From the NCBI GenBank assembly GCA_001029735.1, contig CP011213.1, positions 140,087 through 204,086 on the forward strand: a stretch of 64,000 bases of DNA, read 5' to 3'. The stretch comes from Berkelbacteria bacterium GW2011_GWE1_39_12 (GTDB lineage Bacteria > Patescibacteriota > UBA1384 > UBA12157). The notes under the pieces are model-generated. The model saw only the letters and a list, made by a program, of their open reading frames with translations, made no database searches and was not told the DNA's origin. The translations under genes and the position numbers were made by a program. Below are positions 41,273 to 51,522 of this stretch, one piece after another (position 1 is the first letter of the stretch; every line of letters begins with the position of its first letter).

Positions 41273-42067
41273 TTATTTCTTCTCTGCTTTTACAGATGGT
41301 TTAGCAGGCTTTTTGTCTTCTTTTGCTTCTTCTTTTTTCGCAGGTGTTTCAGTTTTAACTTCCGCTTTAGGCGCTTCTACATTTTTCATGCCTTCGCCTT
41401 CCAAAACAGCAGTTTCTACTAATTTCATCAACATATCGAGAGTTTTTGGAGCATCATCATTAGCTGGGATTGGATAAGTGACCATCTCTGGGTTAGCATC
41501 AGTATCACAGATAGCGGCGATCGGAATTTCCATGCGGTTTCCTTCTTCGAGAGCTAATTTTTCTTTAGCCGCATCAATAACAAAAATCGCATCTGGTAAA
41601 TTTCTCATTTTTCTAACACCACCAAAAGTGCTCATCAACTTTTCAATCTTATCTGTAATAACTTTCTTTTCTTTTTTGGTTAAAAGATCAAATTCCGGTG
41701 AATTGGTTTTGGCTTCTAAAGTATCTAACTGAGTGATATTTCTTCGGATAGTTTCAAAGTTGGTAAGAGTTCCACCCAACCAACGGTGACTGATGTAAGG
41801 CATGCCAGTATTTTCAGCCACTTTTTGGGTTAAAACTTGCGCTTGTTTTTTGGTACCAACAAAAAGAATGGTTTTCCCTAAACTCGCTTGTTTCTTTAAA
41901 AATTCGAGAGCCGCTTCAAGACCTGAAAGGGTCTTTTCTAAATCGATAACATAAACACCTTCGCGGAGGGTAAAAGTAAATTCTTTGGCTTTAGGATGGC
42001 TGCGCTCTTTTTTGTGTCCGAAATGAGCACCTGCTTCCAGAAGTTCAATTAGTGTGGGCATTTGCAA
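41273..42067 (-). CDS. rpsB: 30S ribosomal protein S2
   Basis: LLEAGAHFGH, RWLGGTLTNF, IPANDD. Confidence 0.98.
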   Translation of the reverse strand: MQMPTLIELLEAGAHFGHKKERSHPKAKEFTFTLREGVYVIDLEKTLSGLEAALEFLKKQASLGKTILFVGTKKQAQVLTQKVAENTGMPYISHRWLGGTLTNFETIRRNITQLDTLEAKTNSPEFDLLTKKEKKVITDKIEKLMSTFGGVRKMRNLPDAIFVIDAAKEKLALEEGNRMEIPIAAICDTDANPEMVTYPIPANDDAPKTLDMLMKLVETAVLEGEGMKNVEAPKAEVKTETPAKKEEAKEDKKPAKPSVKAEKK

Positions 42068-42082
42068 GGTTTTCCTTTGTTG

Positions 42083-42149
42083 TGTCCACCAGGATCAAAA
42101 CCTAAGGGCAGATTTTAATAAATCTGACAGTGGCTAGGGATGGCGAACA
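42083..42149 (-). promoter_or_regulatory. Structured rpsB 5' leader
   Basis: Closing helix TGTTCGCCA/TGGTGGACA, inner CAGATTT-ATTA-AAATCTG hairpin; promoter TTGTCA-17-TAAGAT at 42206-42178. Confidence 0.55.
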
Positions 42150-42236
42150 AATTAATGTTTTTTATAATTACAAAGAAATCTTATCATATTTATGGTTAGA
42201 TGACAAGAGGTAAAGAAATAAAAAAAGAGGCAAGCT

Positions 42237-42827
42237 CTAGCTAAGCCTCTTGATCTGTGTGTAAATGTGCAAACTTAACTTTTTGAATTTTTCCCAGCTG
42301 AAGTTCGGATCAAATTCCTGAAACATCTTATCGCCATACTTTGAAATCACTTCACAGGTGCCCACGCTTCCATAGTCGAACATCCTTAGTTTTCCGTCTT
42401 CCAGACTGAAATTGGCAGGGTTAGCGAAAGCGTGTCCATCGGGAAAACATCCCATGTTGGTTATCTCTTGAAGATTACACCAAACATCGACTAACTCCAG
42501 AGTACATTCTTTCCCCGCTTTCTGAATGTTCAACAGCCCGAAAAACGAAAAGTATGTTGGCTGCAAAAAAGGATTCCGAGTTTTTACGTAAAACACAAAC
42601 TCGAGCCAATTCGCGTGAATCCCACCAAGGAGAAAATGAGGAATTGTTCCCCACATTTCTGGATGACAAAAAGTAAATTGCCAGATCCGTCGCCACCTTC
42701 TATGTTTAAAGACCAACCAAAACATAGTTCTGATTGCATTCCAGATATAGAATCGCGGTAACTTGACGGCGATTCTAATAGAAGGCAATACTACAACAAT
42801 TCTGGTGTATCCTTTGCAGATTTTCAC
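42237..42827 (-). CDS. Small protein-kinase-like fold protein
   Basis: GTG start behind SD GGAGGAG; KGYTRIVV, AVKLPR, ANWLE, NPANF, MFDYG. Confidence 0.6.
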   Translation of the reverse strand: MKICKGYTRIVVVLPSIRIAVKLPRFYIWNAIRTMFWLVFKHRRWRRIWQFTFCHPEMWGTIPHFLLGGIHANWLEFVFYVKTRNPFLQPTYFSFFGLLNIQKAGKECTLELVDVWCNLQEITNMGCFPDGHAFANPANFSLEDGKLRMFDYGSVGTCEVISKYGDKMFQEFDPNFSWEKFKKLSLHIYTQIKRLS

Positions 42828-42997
42828 AGTGATCTCCTCCCCCCTCAACCGATAATAACTTACAATTAAGCCTTTGACAAATAAATCTTTTTCTGATATA
42901 ATAATTTTGTTACTGAATAAAAAGGAAAAGCAAAAAAATAGCCAAGCATAGCTTGTCACGGAATTTTTCTCACTTATAATAATTAGATGGAAAAAAT

Positions 42998-43234
42998 ATG
43001 AAAAAAGATATTCACCCACAATACAATTCAAATGTTCCAGTTAAATGCTCCTGCGGCAACACTTTCGAAACCGGCTCAACCGCCGACAAGATTGAAGTCG
43101 AAGTTTGTTCAGCGTGCCATCCGTTCTACACCGGCACTGCCAAGTTCATCGACACCGCTGGCCGCGTCGACAAATTCCGTGCTAAGATGAAAACCGCGGA
43201 AGATTTAAAAGCAAAATCAAAAAAGTCTAAGTAG
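42998..43234 (+). CDS. rpmE: 50S ribosomal protein L31, Zn-binding type
   Basis: [22 protein letters not shown]; promoter TTGACA-17-TATAAT at 42874-42902. Confidence 0.97.
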   Translation: MKKDIHPQYNSNVPVKCSCGNTFETGSTADKIEVEVCSACHPFYTGTAKFIDTAGRVDKFRAKMKTAEDLKAKSKKSK

Positions 43235-43307
43235 ATACTAAAAAAGACGGCTTTCGAGTATACTGTTACTAGAAGCCGTTTTTTAGTAAAAAATAAAGGG
43301 AAATAAG

Positions 43308-44390
43308 ATGCAAGAAATACCAGTTGAAAGACTGCAATCAATTTTAAACCGATTTAAAGAATTGAGCCAAATGGCGCAAGACCCTGCTGTAATTAGCAAT
43401 CAACAAGAATTACAAAAAATCTTGATTGAAAAAAATAGTCTTGAAGAGCTTTCTCATTTAATTACCGAATATTTCGAATTACAAAAAGAAATCGATGAAT
43501 ATGAAAAGTTTTCAACAGAAGGCGACGAAACATTAATTGAAATGGCCAAAACAGAGTTGCCGGTTTTACGTGGCGCCATCGCTGAACTTGCGCCTAAATT
43601 AAAAGTCGCTTTATTACCAAAAGACAGTAATGATGAAAAAAACGTTATTGTTGAAATTAAACCCGGCGCTGGCGGTGATGAATCGGAACTTTTTGCGGCT
43701 GAACTTTTTCACATGTATAACGCTTTTGCCTCAAAAAATGGCTGGCGCATTGAAATTCTCTCTTCACAAGCAAGCTCTTTGGGCGGATTTAAAAATTTAA
43801 CTTTTGAAATATCGGGCGATCATGTTTACGCCAAGATGCGTTATGAAAGCGGTGTCCATCGAGTACAACGTGTTCCTGATACAGAAAAAGCTGGACGAGT
43901 TCACACTTCGACCGTAACTGTCGCCGTTTTACCAAAAGCCGAAGAAAACGACTTGGAGATAAAACAAGAAGATTTGCGCATTGATGTCTACCGCTCTGGT
44001 GGACATGGCGGTCAATCTGTTAATACAACTGATTCAGCTGTTCGCATCACTCACTTACCTTCCGGTTTAGTAGTTACTTGCCAAGATGAAAAAAGCCAAC
44101 TTAAAAATAAAGCCAAAGCTATGGGCGTTTTGCGCTCTCGCTTAAAAGCGTTGGAAGATGAGCGAATTAGCAAAGAACGTGGAGATCTTCGCCGCAGTCA
44201 AGTTGGCACAGGCGATCGCAGTGAAAAAATTCGGACATATAATTTTCCGCAAGATAGAATTACCGATCACCGCATCAATCAATCTTGGCATAATATTGGC
44301 AAGATTTTAGCTGGTGATTTGGAACCAATAATTTCATCATTAACCACCGAAGATCAATCCAGAAAATTATCTCTACAAGAAAATATGTAA
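43308..44390 (+). CDS. prfA: Peptide chain release factor 1
   Basis: [14 protein letters not shown] (PxT), [13 protein letters not shown]. Confidence 0.97.
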   Translation: MQEIPVERLQSILNRFKELSQMAQDPAVISNQQELQKILIEKNSLEELSHLITEYFELQKEIDEYEKFSTEGDETLIEMAKTELPVLRGAIAELAPKLKVALLPKDSNDEKNVIVEIKPGAGGDESELFAAELFHMYNAFASKNGWRIEILSSQASSLGGFKNLTFEISGDHVYAKMRYESGVHRVQRVPDTEKAGRVHTSTVTVAVLPKAEENDLEIKQEDLRIDVYRSGGHGGQSVNTTDSAVRITHLPSGLVVTCQDEKSQLKNKAKAMGVLRSRLKALEDERISKERGDLRRSQVGTGDRSEKIRTYNFPQDRITDHRINQSWHNIGKILAGDLEPIISSLTTEDQSRKLSLQENM

Positions 44391-45226
44391 TGACCACCAA
44401 ACAAATCTATCGCCTTTCAACTCAAAAACTAAAAGAGGCGGGGATTAAGAGCTCGGAAATTGATGCTCGTCTTTTGATTTGCCATGCACTAAATATTTCA
44501 CCAGAGAAATTTATCATTGACTCTGAAAAAGAAATCTCCTTTGTTAAAATCAGAAAAATAAATAATCTGATAAAAAAACGAGCTTTAAATATCCCTGTCG
44601 CCTATTTAACAGGTGAGAAGGAATTTTTTGGATTAAATTTTCGCGTCAACAAAAATGTTCTGATTCCCCGCCCGGAAACTGAGTGGATAGTTGAAAAGTC
44701 TATAAAGTCCGTAAAGCCGAAAGTAGACAAAATCAAAGTTCTGGATATGGGAACAGGAACGGGCAATATTATCATTTCATTGGCTATAAATTCCGACGCC
44801 GATTTTTTCGCCTGTGATATTTCGGCTGATGCTCTGGCGGTCGCCAAGCAAAACGCCAAACGAAATAACATTGAGGAAAAAATTAAATTTTATGAATCTG
44901 ATTTATTTTCGAATAAAAAATTAAAACAAAAATTTAATTTGATCATTGCCAATCTTCCATACGTGCCAAAAAAAGATAAAGATAAATCAGTTAAGTTTGA
45001 GCCAGTAAATGCTATTTTTGCCAACGATAACGGCAGCGAAATTATTAAGCGATTTCTTAAACAGGCGCCAAATTATTTACAATCGAATGGCACAATTTTA
45101 ATTGAACTCGATCCTCGCAACGCAAATGAACTCAAATCTTTCGCAAAAAAATATTTCCCTGATCAAAAAATCGGGCTGGAAGAAGACTTGGCCGGTTTTT
45201 TGAGATATTTGGTAGTCGAGAACTAA
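44390..45226 (+). CDS. prmC: Release factor glutamine methyltransferase
   Basis: LIPRPETE, LDMGTGTG, ANLPY. Confidence 0.95.
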   Translation: MTTKQIYRLSTQKLKEAGIKSSEIDARLLICHALNISPEKFIIDSEKEISFVKIRKINNLIKKRALNIPVAYLTGEKEFFGLNFRVNKNVLIPRPETEWIVEKSIKSVKPKVDKIKVLDMGTGTGNIIISLAINSDADFFACDISADALAVAKQNAKRNNIEEKIKFYESDLFSNKKLKQKFNLIIANLPYVPKKDKDKSVKFEPVNAIFANDNGSEIIKRFLKQAPNYLQSNGTILIELDPRNANELKSFAKKYFPDQKIGLEEDLAGFLRYLVVEN

Positions 45227-48200
45227 TTTATCTTGACCTTATATGTAGCTGTGAAAACTTTGCCAATATCTAAACTATTCACATTCCAGATGATTTCATT
45301 ATTAATTAGGCTCCCGCTATTAGACGCTGAGTTGGCCACGTAGGTTGTCAAATTTGGTATTAAAGCGTTAACCTTAATATTCTTTATTGCCGTCCCAACA
45401 CTGTTAACAAAGTTAACGGTATATGTAATTATCCCGCCTGAGCTCGATTCAGCTTTGTCTGCCATTATGGTCACGGAACCGCCGCCTAGTTGCTTAATGT
45501 AGTTAAACATAGTTTTCCTAATATTGTCGAAAACTGCGTAATCAGTCGGATTCCCAGTCGACGAAACAGATTTGATTATCTCGTTTCCAAAACCATAATC
45601 GTTTTTTTTGTTTACGTAATCTTTTGTCCAATCCGACTTTACATTGGACAAAATATTTTCTAAAAATTGTTTAGCTTTAATAGCTGTCTGATCGTTTGGA
45701 TTAATTTTCAACCTTTCATCGATCAGCCGCTGTAGCGTCGCATAATATTTTCCATCTTTCGCCCCTTCTCTCATTGCTTCCAATGAAACCGAAGAATTTA
45801 TATTTCCATCCCATGTAGGATAGGCTAAAACATAATCGTAGGCTGTCCTCGGGAAAGCACGGTCACTGCAAATATCAAAATCATTAAATGAATCTCCGCC
45901 GGCATTATCGTAATAAACCCAGTTATAAATAATTTTTGTGTCCATCTTTTCAGCATAAAGTCCGCTCATAAAGCGGTTGTAAACAGGATCCCTTAACTGA
46001 GAATAATATGTTGTATAATAACCTTCAGAACCTTGAAGATATCCTGAATTATCAATTGCGCCTGTATGCCAAACCGGATAAATCCTATAGTCAATTAGCG
46101 GAGCGAGGGCAGGAATTTTACCAGTATATGATCCGCACAAATCTATCTCATTGCAATCTAATTCTATGTTTGCATTGGAACTATACGTTATAAATGTCTT
46201 TACTCCTTTTGCCTTTATAATTCGATCAATACGATCTTCTTGAATTCTCTTGGTTAAATCAACTCCTGGCTCGTCACTCGTTTCTAATATTAAAGTAACA
46301 TTTGTTTTGTTTTGTATATTAAAATTGTCCATAGACTGTTTTAATTCCAAAACGAGTTCTCCCATGGCATTAACAAACAATGGGTCTGAAAGTTGATCGT
46401 AAAGTGCAGAACTTTTTGTAAAATTTACATCTCTCTTTTGCAGCTGTTTGATTATCGTTGTCGCTGCTCCTCCGAGACCCTGATACATTGCCAGCTTTTG
46501 ATTAGCTCCTTTTTCAAAAGAAGAGTTGAGAGTGTTATTGAAGGATTCGGTATTAAATTTAAAAGGATTTGCGCTACTTCCATCACCAGTCATAGGGGTT
46601 ATTGTACTTACATTTCCTATCACAGTATCCATATCATGACTCACCATGTTTTGAATTGCTAAATCCTGATATTTAGAAGTTAATGCAGTGGGATTTGAAT
46701 AAGGATTTCTAGATATAGCATTGAAATGATTGGCGCTATCTAAAACTACCGGTAAGACATCAATTGTTATTGGTATCGTATCAACTTTTAATCCGCTTAT
46801 CATTATGTCAATGTTACCAGAATACATCCCGCCTGGTTGATTCTTCGGTAAATCAACTAAAAGATAAAATTGCTGTGTATGATGTAAAGAATCACTATTT
46901 AAATCCATTTTATCAAAATTTTCTAAACGATCAGGAAGAAGACCATAAGTATTTCCCGCAATACTGCCAACCCATTGTCTTTCTTCATAAACAACTTTTT
47001 TGATACTTAAATTAGCAGGTAAAATTGTATTGCCGCTAGAAGAAAATGACCCTATGTTAAACTGAAGATTTTTGAGATTATTTTTAGCGTAAATCGAAAA
47101 ATTGATTGGTTCCACTTCGCCGATTACAGAAAAAGCATTTATTGGTTTCTTTATCGTATCCTGTGCAGACGGCTTACTATAAGGTAGAACTAGCTCTATA
47201 GACGGGCTATTAAACCAGGTCAAATTACCGGCAACAGCTGGGGCGGGATTATTGTCCGGCAAATAGGCAGCCCTCATCACTCTTGTTCTTTTTTGAAATT
47301 CAATAAAAGCAGTTGAATCAGCCTGAACCAATTTATTTATTGAAATATAATCAATGACGAAAGCCGGATCGGCATCGCCGTCTTTCAAAGTAAGAGTTGG
47401 CATAGTGATTTTAAATTGATAATAACCATCAATTGGCTTTAGTGCTTTGGGGTTATCTTTGCTATTTAAAAATAATGTTTGACCTGTCAGCCAAGCCTGG
47501 TTGCCATATAGCCCCGTGTTATCAAAACCATATGAACCCGAAAAATAACTGCCCGTACTGGAATCGAACCAGGGACTCTTGTTTTGAATTGTCACCCCTT
47601 TTAGAACATTATGAGTAATGTAATCGCTATAGTGAAAAACATCTTTGTATCTTATCTCTACAATCATATCGGAATCATTGGCATTAAAATCTTTCGGCGC
47701 TGGAATTTTAATTTCAACAGTTTTTTTAGCTAGGACTTCTCGATAAGCAACATTTTCAGAATCAGTAATTACACCAGAAAAATTTTCTGCATCCATGGCT
47801 TTATTACCTTGGTTGTCGCTCAACACAGAAGAATTGGAGTTTAGACCAGAAAACTTAATACACCTAGAATCAATCGTATTTTGACAACCAAATTGTTTTG
47901 AGTTGAAACCTATTAAGGAAAAATCATCCCAATAAGTTGTACCCCTATTAATGCCAAAAAAAAGAATTTTGATTTTTACAGTATCTGCAGAATGTATTCT
48001 ATTGACTCCTTTATATTGTTTCCAATCTGTCGTAACAATCTGTCCTCCTGAAATTATTGATGTCCATGACCCAACAGAATTATTGTTACTATCAAGTTCT
48101 TGCCAACCAAAATATATCTTTTCTGTTCCGTTTCCTCCTTTTATAAAAACTGACATCTCATAGTAATCATTTTTATTTACAGGTAATTCCTGATTGGAAA

Positions 48201-48546
48201 AAGTTGCATGGGTTGACGAAAGGCTACCCGGAGAGCCATCGATCTTAGGTGCCGGATTGGATACGAATTTTAATGAAGCTGCTCCCGAATGATGTTGACT
48301 TTTATCAACAGTAACTGTCTTGTCTTTTTGAGGATTCAAATTCCAGCCAGTAAGCCCTGATTCAAACCCTGGATTAGTTAGTAAGTTCAATGATTCATGC
48401 GCCGAAACTGATTGTGGTCCTTCGAAGTAGTCTGGGAAAAAAGGAATAACAATTATTAAGAGTAAAAAAACTGTAACAAAAATAAACCGAAAATGGCGGC
48501 GATTATAAATTGATGGTTTGCAGCTTAATTTCCCAAACTGTCTGAT
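45223..48546 (-). CDS. Large membrane-anchored glycan-active protein: CBM4/9-like + GH123/DUF4091-like + C-terminal DUF11
   Basis: NLLTNPGFE, GEVEPINFSIYA, SDEP, SVSLEAMREGAKD, DUF11 tail. Track start TTG 48390; frame open through a signal anchor to ATC 48546 behind SD AGGAGG. Confidence 0.7.
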   Translation of the reverse strand: MRQFGKLSCKPSIYNRRHFRFIFVTVFLLLIIVIPFFPDYFEGPQSVSAHESLNLLTNPGFESGLTGWNLNPQKDKTVTVDKSQHHSGAASLKFVSNPAPKIDGSPGSLSSTHATFSNQELPVNKNDYYEMSVFIKGGNGTEKIYFGWQELDSNNNSVGSWTSIISGGQIVTTDWKQYKGVNRIHSADTVKIKILFFGINRGTTYWDDFSLIGFNSKQFGCQNTIDSRCIKFSGLNSNSSVLSDNQGNKAMDAENFSGVITDSENVAYREVLAKKTVEIKIPAPKDFNANDSDMIVEIRYKDVFHYSDYITHNVLKGVTIQNKSPWFDSSTGSYFSGSYGFDNTGLYGNQAWLTGQTLFLNSKDNPKALKPIDGYYQFKITMPTLTLKDGDADPAFVIDYISINKLVQADSTAFIEFQKRTRVMRAAYLPDNNPAPAVAGNLTWFNSPSIELVLPYSKPSAQDTIKKPINAFSVIGEVEPINFSIYAKNNLKNLQFNIGSFSSSGNTILPANLSIKKVVYEERQWVGSIAGNTYGLLPDRLENFDKMDLNSDSLHHTQQFYLLVDLPKNQPGGMYSGNIDIMISGLKVDTIPITIDVLPVVLDSANHFNAISRNPYSNPTALTSKYQDLAIQNMVSHDMDTVIGNVSTITPMTGDGSSANPFKFNTESFNNTLNSSFEKGANQKLAMYQGLGGAATTIIKQLQKRDVNFTKSSALYDQLSDPLFVNAMGELVLELKQSMDNFNIQNKTNVTLILETSDEPGVDLTKRIQEDRIDRIIKAKGVKTFITYSSNANIELDCNEIDLCGSYTGKIPALAPLIDYRIYPVWHTGAIDNSGYLQGSEGYYTTYYSQLRDPVYNRFMSGLYAEKMDTKIIYNWVYYDNAGGDSFNDFDICSDRAFPRTAYDYVLAYPTWDGNINSSVSLEAMREGAKDGKYYATLQRLIDERLKINPNDQTAIKAKQFLENILSNVKSDWTKDYVNKKNDYGFGNEIIKSVSSTGNPTDYAVFDNIRKTMFNYIKQLGGGSVTIMADKAESSSGGIITYTVNFVNSVGTAIKNIKVNALIPNLTTYVANSASNSGSLINNEIIWNVNSLDIGKVFTATYKVKIN

Positions 48547-48567
48547 CTTCCCTCCTGAAGGCTTCCG

Positions 48568-49743
48568 CTACAAAGTTGATCCGAGTTTTACACTAACCTT
48601 ATTTTCTTTGCCTGCTCGAATAAATGTTAATTCTATAGTATCGCCCGGTTGAAAAGTTTGAATTTTGGAACTTAAGGGATTGTTTTGGTCAACGCGACCA
48701 CCATTAATTTCCGTAATCACGTCGCCATTTTTAAGACCAGCGTTTTCAGCACTGCTGCCCGAAGAAATTCCACCGCTTATCAGTGCACCGTGATCAACAG
48801 AAAGATTCTTCGAAGATGCTATTTCAGGCGTGACCATTACGTAGCTCACACCAAGCTGTGGACGGATAATTTTACCGTTTTTTTGGAATGAAATAATCGC
48901 AGTCTTAACCGTATTAACTGGAATAGCAAACCCAATACTTTGAGCATTGCTAGCCATGGCTGTATTTATACCAATAACCTGGCCGGCTAAATTAACTAAA
49001 GGACCACCAGAGTTTCCGGAATTAATAGCTGCGTCTGTTTGCAATAGATTTTCCAACTGCTCGCTTTGGCCGTTTGTCCCACCTGCAGTCAAGGCACGCT
49101 CCCTCGCTGAAATAACGCCAACCGTTACAGTATTCTGTAGTTGCCCTAAGGCATTGCCAATGGCAATCACCCACTGACCAATTTGTAATTTGTCGGAATC
49201 GCCTAAATCGACGACGGGCAAACCCTTGGCATCGATTTTCATAATAGATAAATCATTCGATGGGTCCTGCGCTACCACTTTACCATCGTATTTTTTTCCG
49301 TCGGCCGTAAAAACACTGTAGGTCGCACTAGTGTCGGACCCGACATGTTTATTTGTTAAAATATAACCGTCATTTGTAAAAACAAAGCCTGTTCCTGCCG
49401 ATTGTGACTGAGTAACTTGGCCAAAAAAATCTACCACATCTCTAGTGGAAGTAATAGAAACGACTGCCGGTGATACTTTTTTTGATGAATCGATGACAGC
49501 CGATGATTCCTCGAGAACTAACTTTTCTGTAGTAGTTTTGTTAATATTCAGCGTTTGCAAATCTATGCCTAATTTACTTTTTAAGGTTGGACTATAAGAG
49601 AGTAAAAATAAAGCCCCAGCTCCTCCGATCACTCCCATTACAAGCCCGATAATTAGCACTAAAACCACTAAACGATTGTTGCTATTTTTCCCTCTGTATC
49701 GGTGAGTTGTTTCATTGTCATCGAGATAAGTAATTTTTGGCAT
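48568..49743 (-). CDS. htrA: HtrA/DegP-family serine protease with one PDZ domain
   Basis: TNKHV, QTDAAINSGNSGGPL, N-terminal TM. Confidence 0.93.
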   Translation of the reverse strand: MPKITYLDDNETTHRYRGKNSNNRLVVLVLIIGLVMGVIGGAGALFLLSYSPTLKSKLGIDLQTLNINKTTTEKLVLEESSAVIDSSKKVSPAVVSITSTRDVVDFFGQVTQSQSAGTGFVFTNDGYILTNKHVGSDTSATYSVFTADGKKYDGKVVAQDPSNDLSIMKIDAKGLPVVDLGDSDKLQIGQWVIAIGNALGQLQNTVTVGVISARERALTAGGTNGQSEQLENLLQTDAAINSGNSGGPLVNLAGQVIGINTAMASNAQSIGFAIPVNTVKTAIISFQKNGKIIRPQLGVSYVMVTPEIASSKNLSVDHGALISGGISSGSSAENAGLKNGDVITEINGGRVDQNNPLSSKIQTFQPGDTIELTFIRAGKENKVSVKLGSTL

Positions 49744-49822
49744 AAATCTCCTTTATTCCGTCTATATAATTGTATCAATATTTAACGTATTAAAAAATGC
49801 TGAAAATAAGCTGAAATAGCGC

Positions 49823-50077
49823 TCAGTTTTTCTTTTCTTCTTTTTCTGTTTCCTCTTGAGTCGCTTTTCCCAGAAAGTAGGTCACGATAACAGCAACAAC
49901 AGTGACAACAAGCGCATAATATATTTTACTACGAACACCGTTGCCTGGCTCAATAAATTTATCAATCAAGGCCTGAATTGCAGTGTTCCATGCAAGGGCT
50001 GCCACAAACCCAAAAGCTGCCGTAGCCAACTGTGTCATAGTTTTTAAAAACTCACTGCGGAGGGTTGGTTTAGCCAT
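49823..50077 (-). CDS. DUF5654-like small membrane protein
   Basis: TAAFGFVAALAWNTAIQ motif, two TMs. Confidence 0.8.
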   Translation of the reverse strand: MAKPTLRSEFLKTMTQLATAAFGFVAALAWNTAIQALIDKFIEPGNGVRSKIYYALVVTVVAVIVTYFLGKATQEETEKEEKKN

Positions 50078-50112
50078 TTATATTTTCTTTCAAGGAAAAT
50101 TCCGCGGCAAGT

Positions 50113-51522
50113 TTACTTGCCCATTCTTTCATTTAAAATCTGATTCACAATCGCCGGATTGGCCTGACCTTTTGTTTTCTGCATCACAAGCCCGACCAAG
50201 TATCCTCTTACGCCGTCCTTACCTGCTTTAATATCAGCAACGGGTTTTGGATTTTCGAGGATTATTTTATCAATTATTTTTCCTAACTCATCTTCGTCGC
50301 CGACTTGCTTTAGGCCTTTTTCTTCAACAATTTCTTGAGCTCCTCTACCATTTTCTAACATTTCAGGAAAAATTTCTTTGGCGATTTTACCAGAAATGGT
50401 ACCATCTTGAATCATTTGTATCATTTCGGTTAATTTTTCCGGGGATATATTTAAAATGCCTTCAAGTTTTAATTCATTGATAACCCAGTTTGCGGCTAAT
50501 TTTGGGTCAGCGTTTTTAGCTACTTTCTCAAAATATTCCGCCATTTGCTTATCTTCGGCTAAAATTTCAGCGTCCTGAAGTTTTATGCCCAACTCATTAA
50601 CATAACGATGTCTTTTTTGGGCAGGTAATTCAGGTAGCTTGCTTTTTATTTTTTCAAAATCAAAGGCTTGTTTAACTTCAAAAGGCGGCAAATCCGGTTC
50701 TGGAAAATAACGATAATCTTGGGCAAATTCTTTGGATCGCTGCGAATAAGTCACACCTTTGGCATCATCCCAACCACGGGTTTCTTTGGCAATTTTTTCT
50801 CCGCCAGCTGGCGGATTTTCCAATAGTTCTCTTTGCCTTTTTTCTTCGTAGCTTAATGCCCGTTCAATCATTTTAAAGGAGTTCATGTTTTTTATCTCTA
50901 CCGGAATTCCTTCAACACCATCGACTTCAACACTAATGTTTCCATCACATCGCAAATGACCCTTTTCCATATCAGCACTAGAAACGCCCAAATAACGCAT
51001 AATTGATCTTAACTCTTGTAAGAATATTTTCGCTTCTTGTGGCGAGGAAATATCTGGTTCGGTGACAATTTCCATTAAAGGAGTGCCGGCGCGATTTAAA
51101 TCAACAAGCGAAGATCCGTCTGCATGCAAAAGTTTTCCCGCATCTTCTTCAAGATGAATACGACGTAGATTAATCTTCCTTGCTTTATCACCATTAACTA
51201 TTTCTAAATAGCCACCAATGCAAAACGGCAAATCAAACTGAGAGACCTGATAGCCTTTAGGTAAATCCGGATAAAAATAATGTTTACGGTCAAACTTTGA
51301 AAAGTCGGCGATCTCACAATTTAAGGCAAGGCCAGAAAGCAGCGTCCATTCGATTGCCTGACGATTAGCAACTGGCAAAACACCCGGTAAGCCCAAACAA
51401 ACAGGGCACACTAAAGAATTAGGACTTGCCCCTTCAGCATTATTATCGCAACCGCAAAACATTTTTGATTTAGTTTTGAGCTGAACGTGAATTTCCAGCC
51501 CGATAACAGTTTTTAGATTCAT
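50113..51522 (-). CDS. gatB: Asp/Glu-tRNA amidotransferase subunit B
   Basis: IGLEIHVQL, YFYPDLPKGYQ, HLEEDAGK, DYRYFPEPDL. Confidence 0.98.
   Translation of the reverse strand: MNLKTVIGLEIHVQLKTKSKMFCGCDNNAEGASPNSLVCPVCLGLPGVLPVANRQAIEWTLLSGLALNCEIADFSKFDRKHYFYPDLPKGYQVSQFDLPFCIGGYLEIVNGDKARKINLRRIHLEEDAGKLLHADGSSLVDLNRAGTPLMEIVTEPDISSPQEAKIFLQELRSIMRYLGVSSADMEKGHLRCDGNISVEVDGVEGIPVEIKNMNSFKMIERALSYEEKRQRELLENPPAGGEKIAKETRGWDDAKGVTYSQRSKEFAQDYRYFPEPDLPPFEVKQAFDFEKIKSKLPELPAQKRHRYVNELGIKLQDAEILAEDKQMAEYFEKVAKNADPKLAANWVINELKLEGILNISPEKLTEMIQMIQDGTISGKIAKEIFPEMLENGRGAQEIVEEKGLKQVGDEDELGKIIDKIILENPKPVADIKAGKDGVRGYLVGLVMQKTKGQANPAIVNQILNERMGK
50800..50815. repeat. Perfect 16-bp palindrome in frame within gatB
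   Basis: TCCGCCAGCTGGCGGA, encoding the PPAG loop in EN-PPAG-GEKI. Confidence 0.65.

Noticed and set aside
42828-43031. N-terminal extension of ORF 42237..43031
   Set aside because: Runs through the rpmE promoter and start; a GTG with strong SD at 42827 is the better start
48547-48570. Stop read-through fusing HtrA to the downstream glycan-active protein (same frame, single TAG)
   Set aside because: A strong SD and a separate signal anchor follow the stop, and a fusion would put the glycan domains on the wrong side of the membrane; independent initiation is simpler
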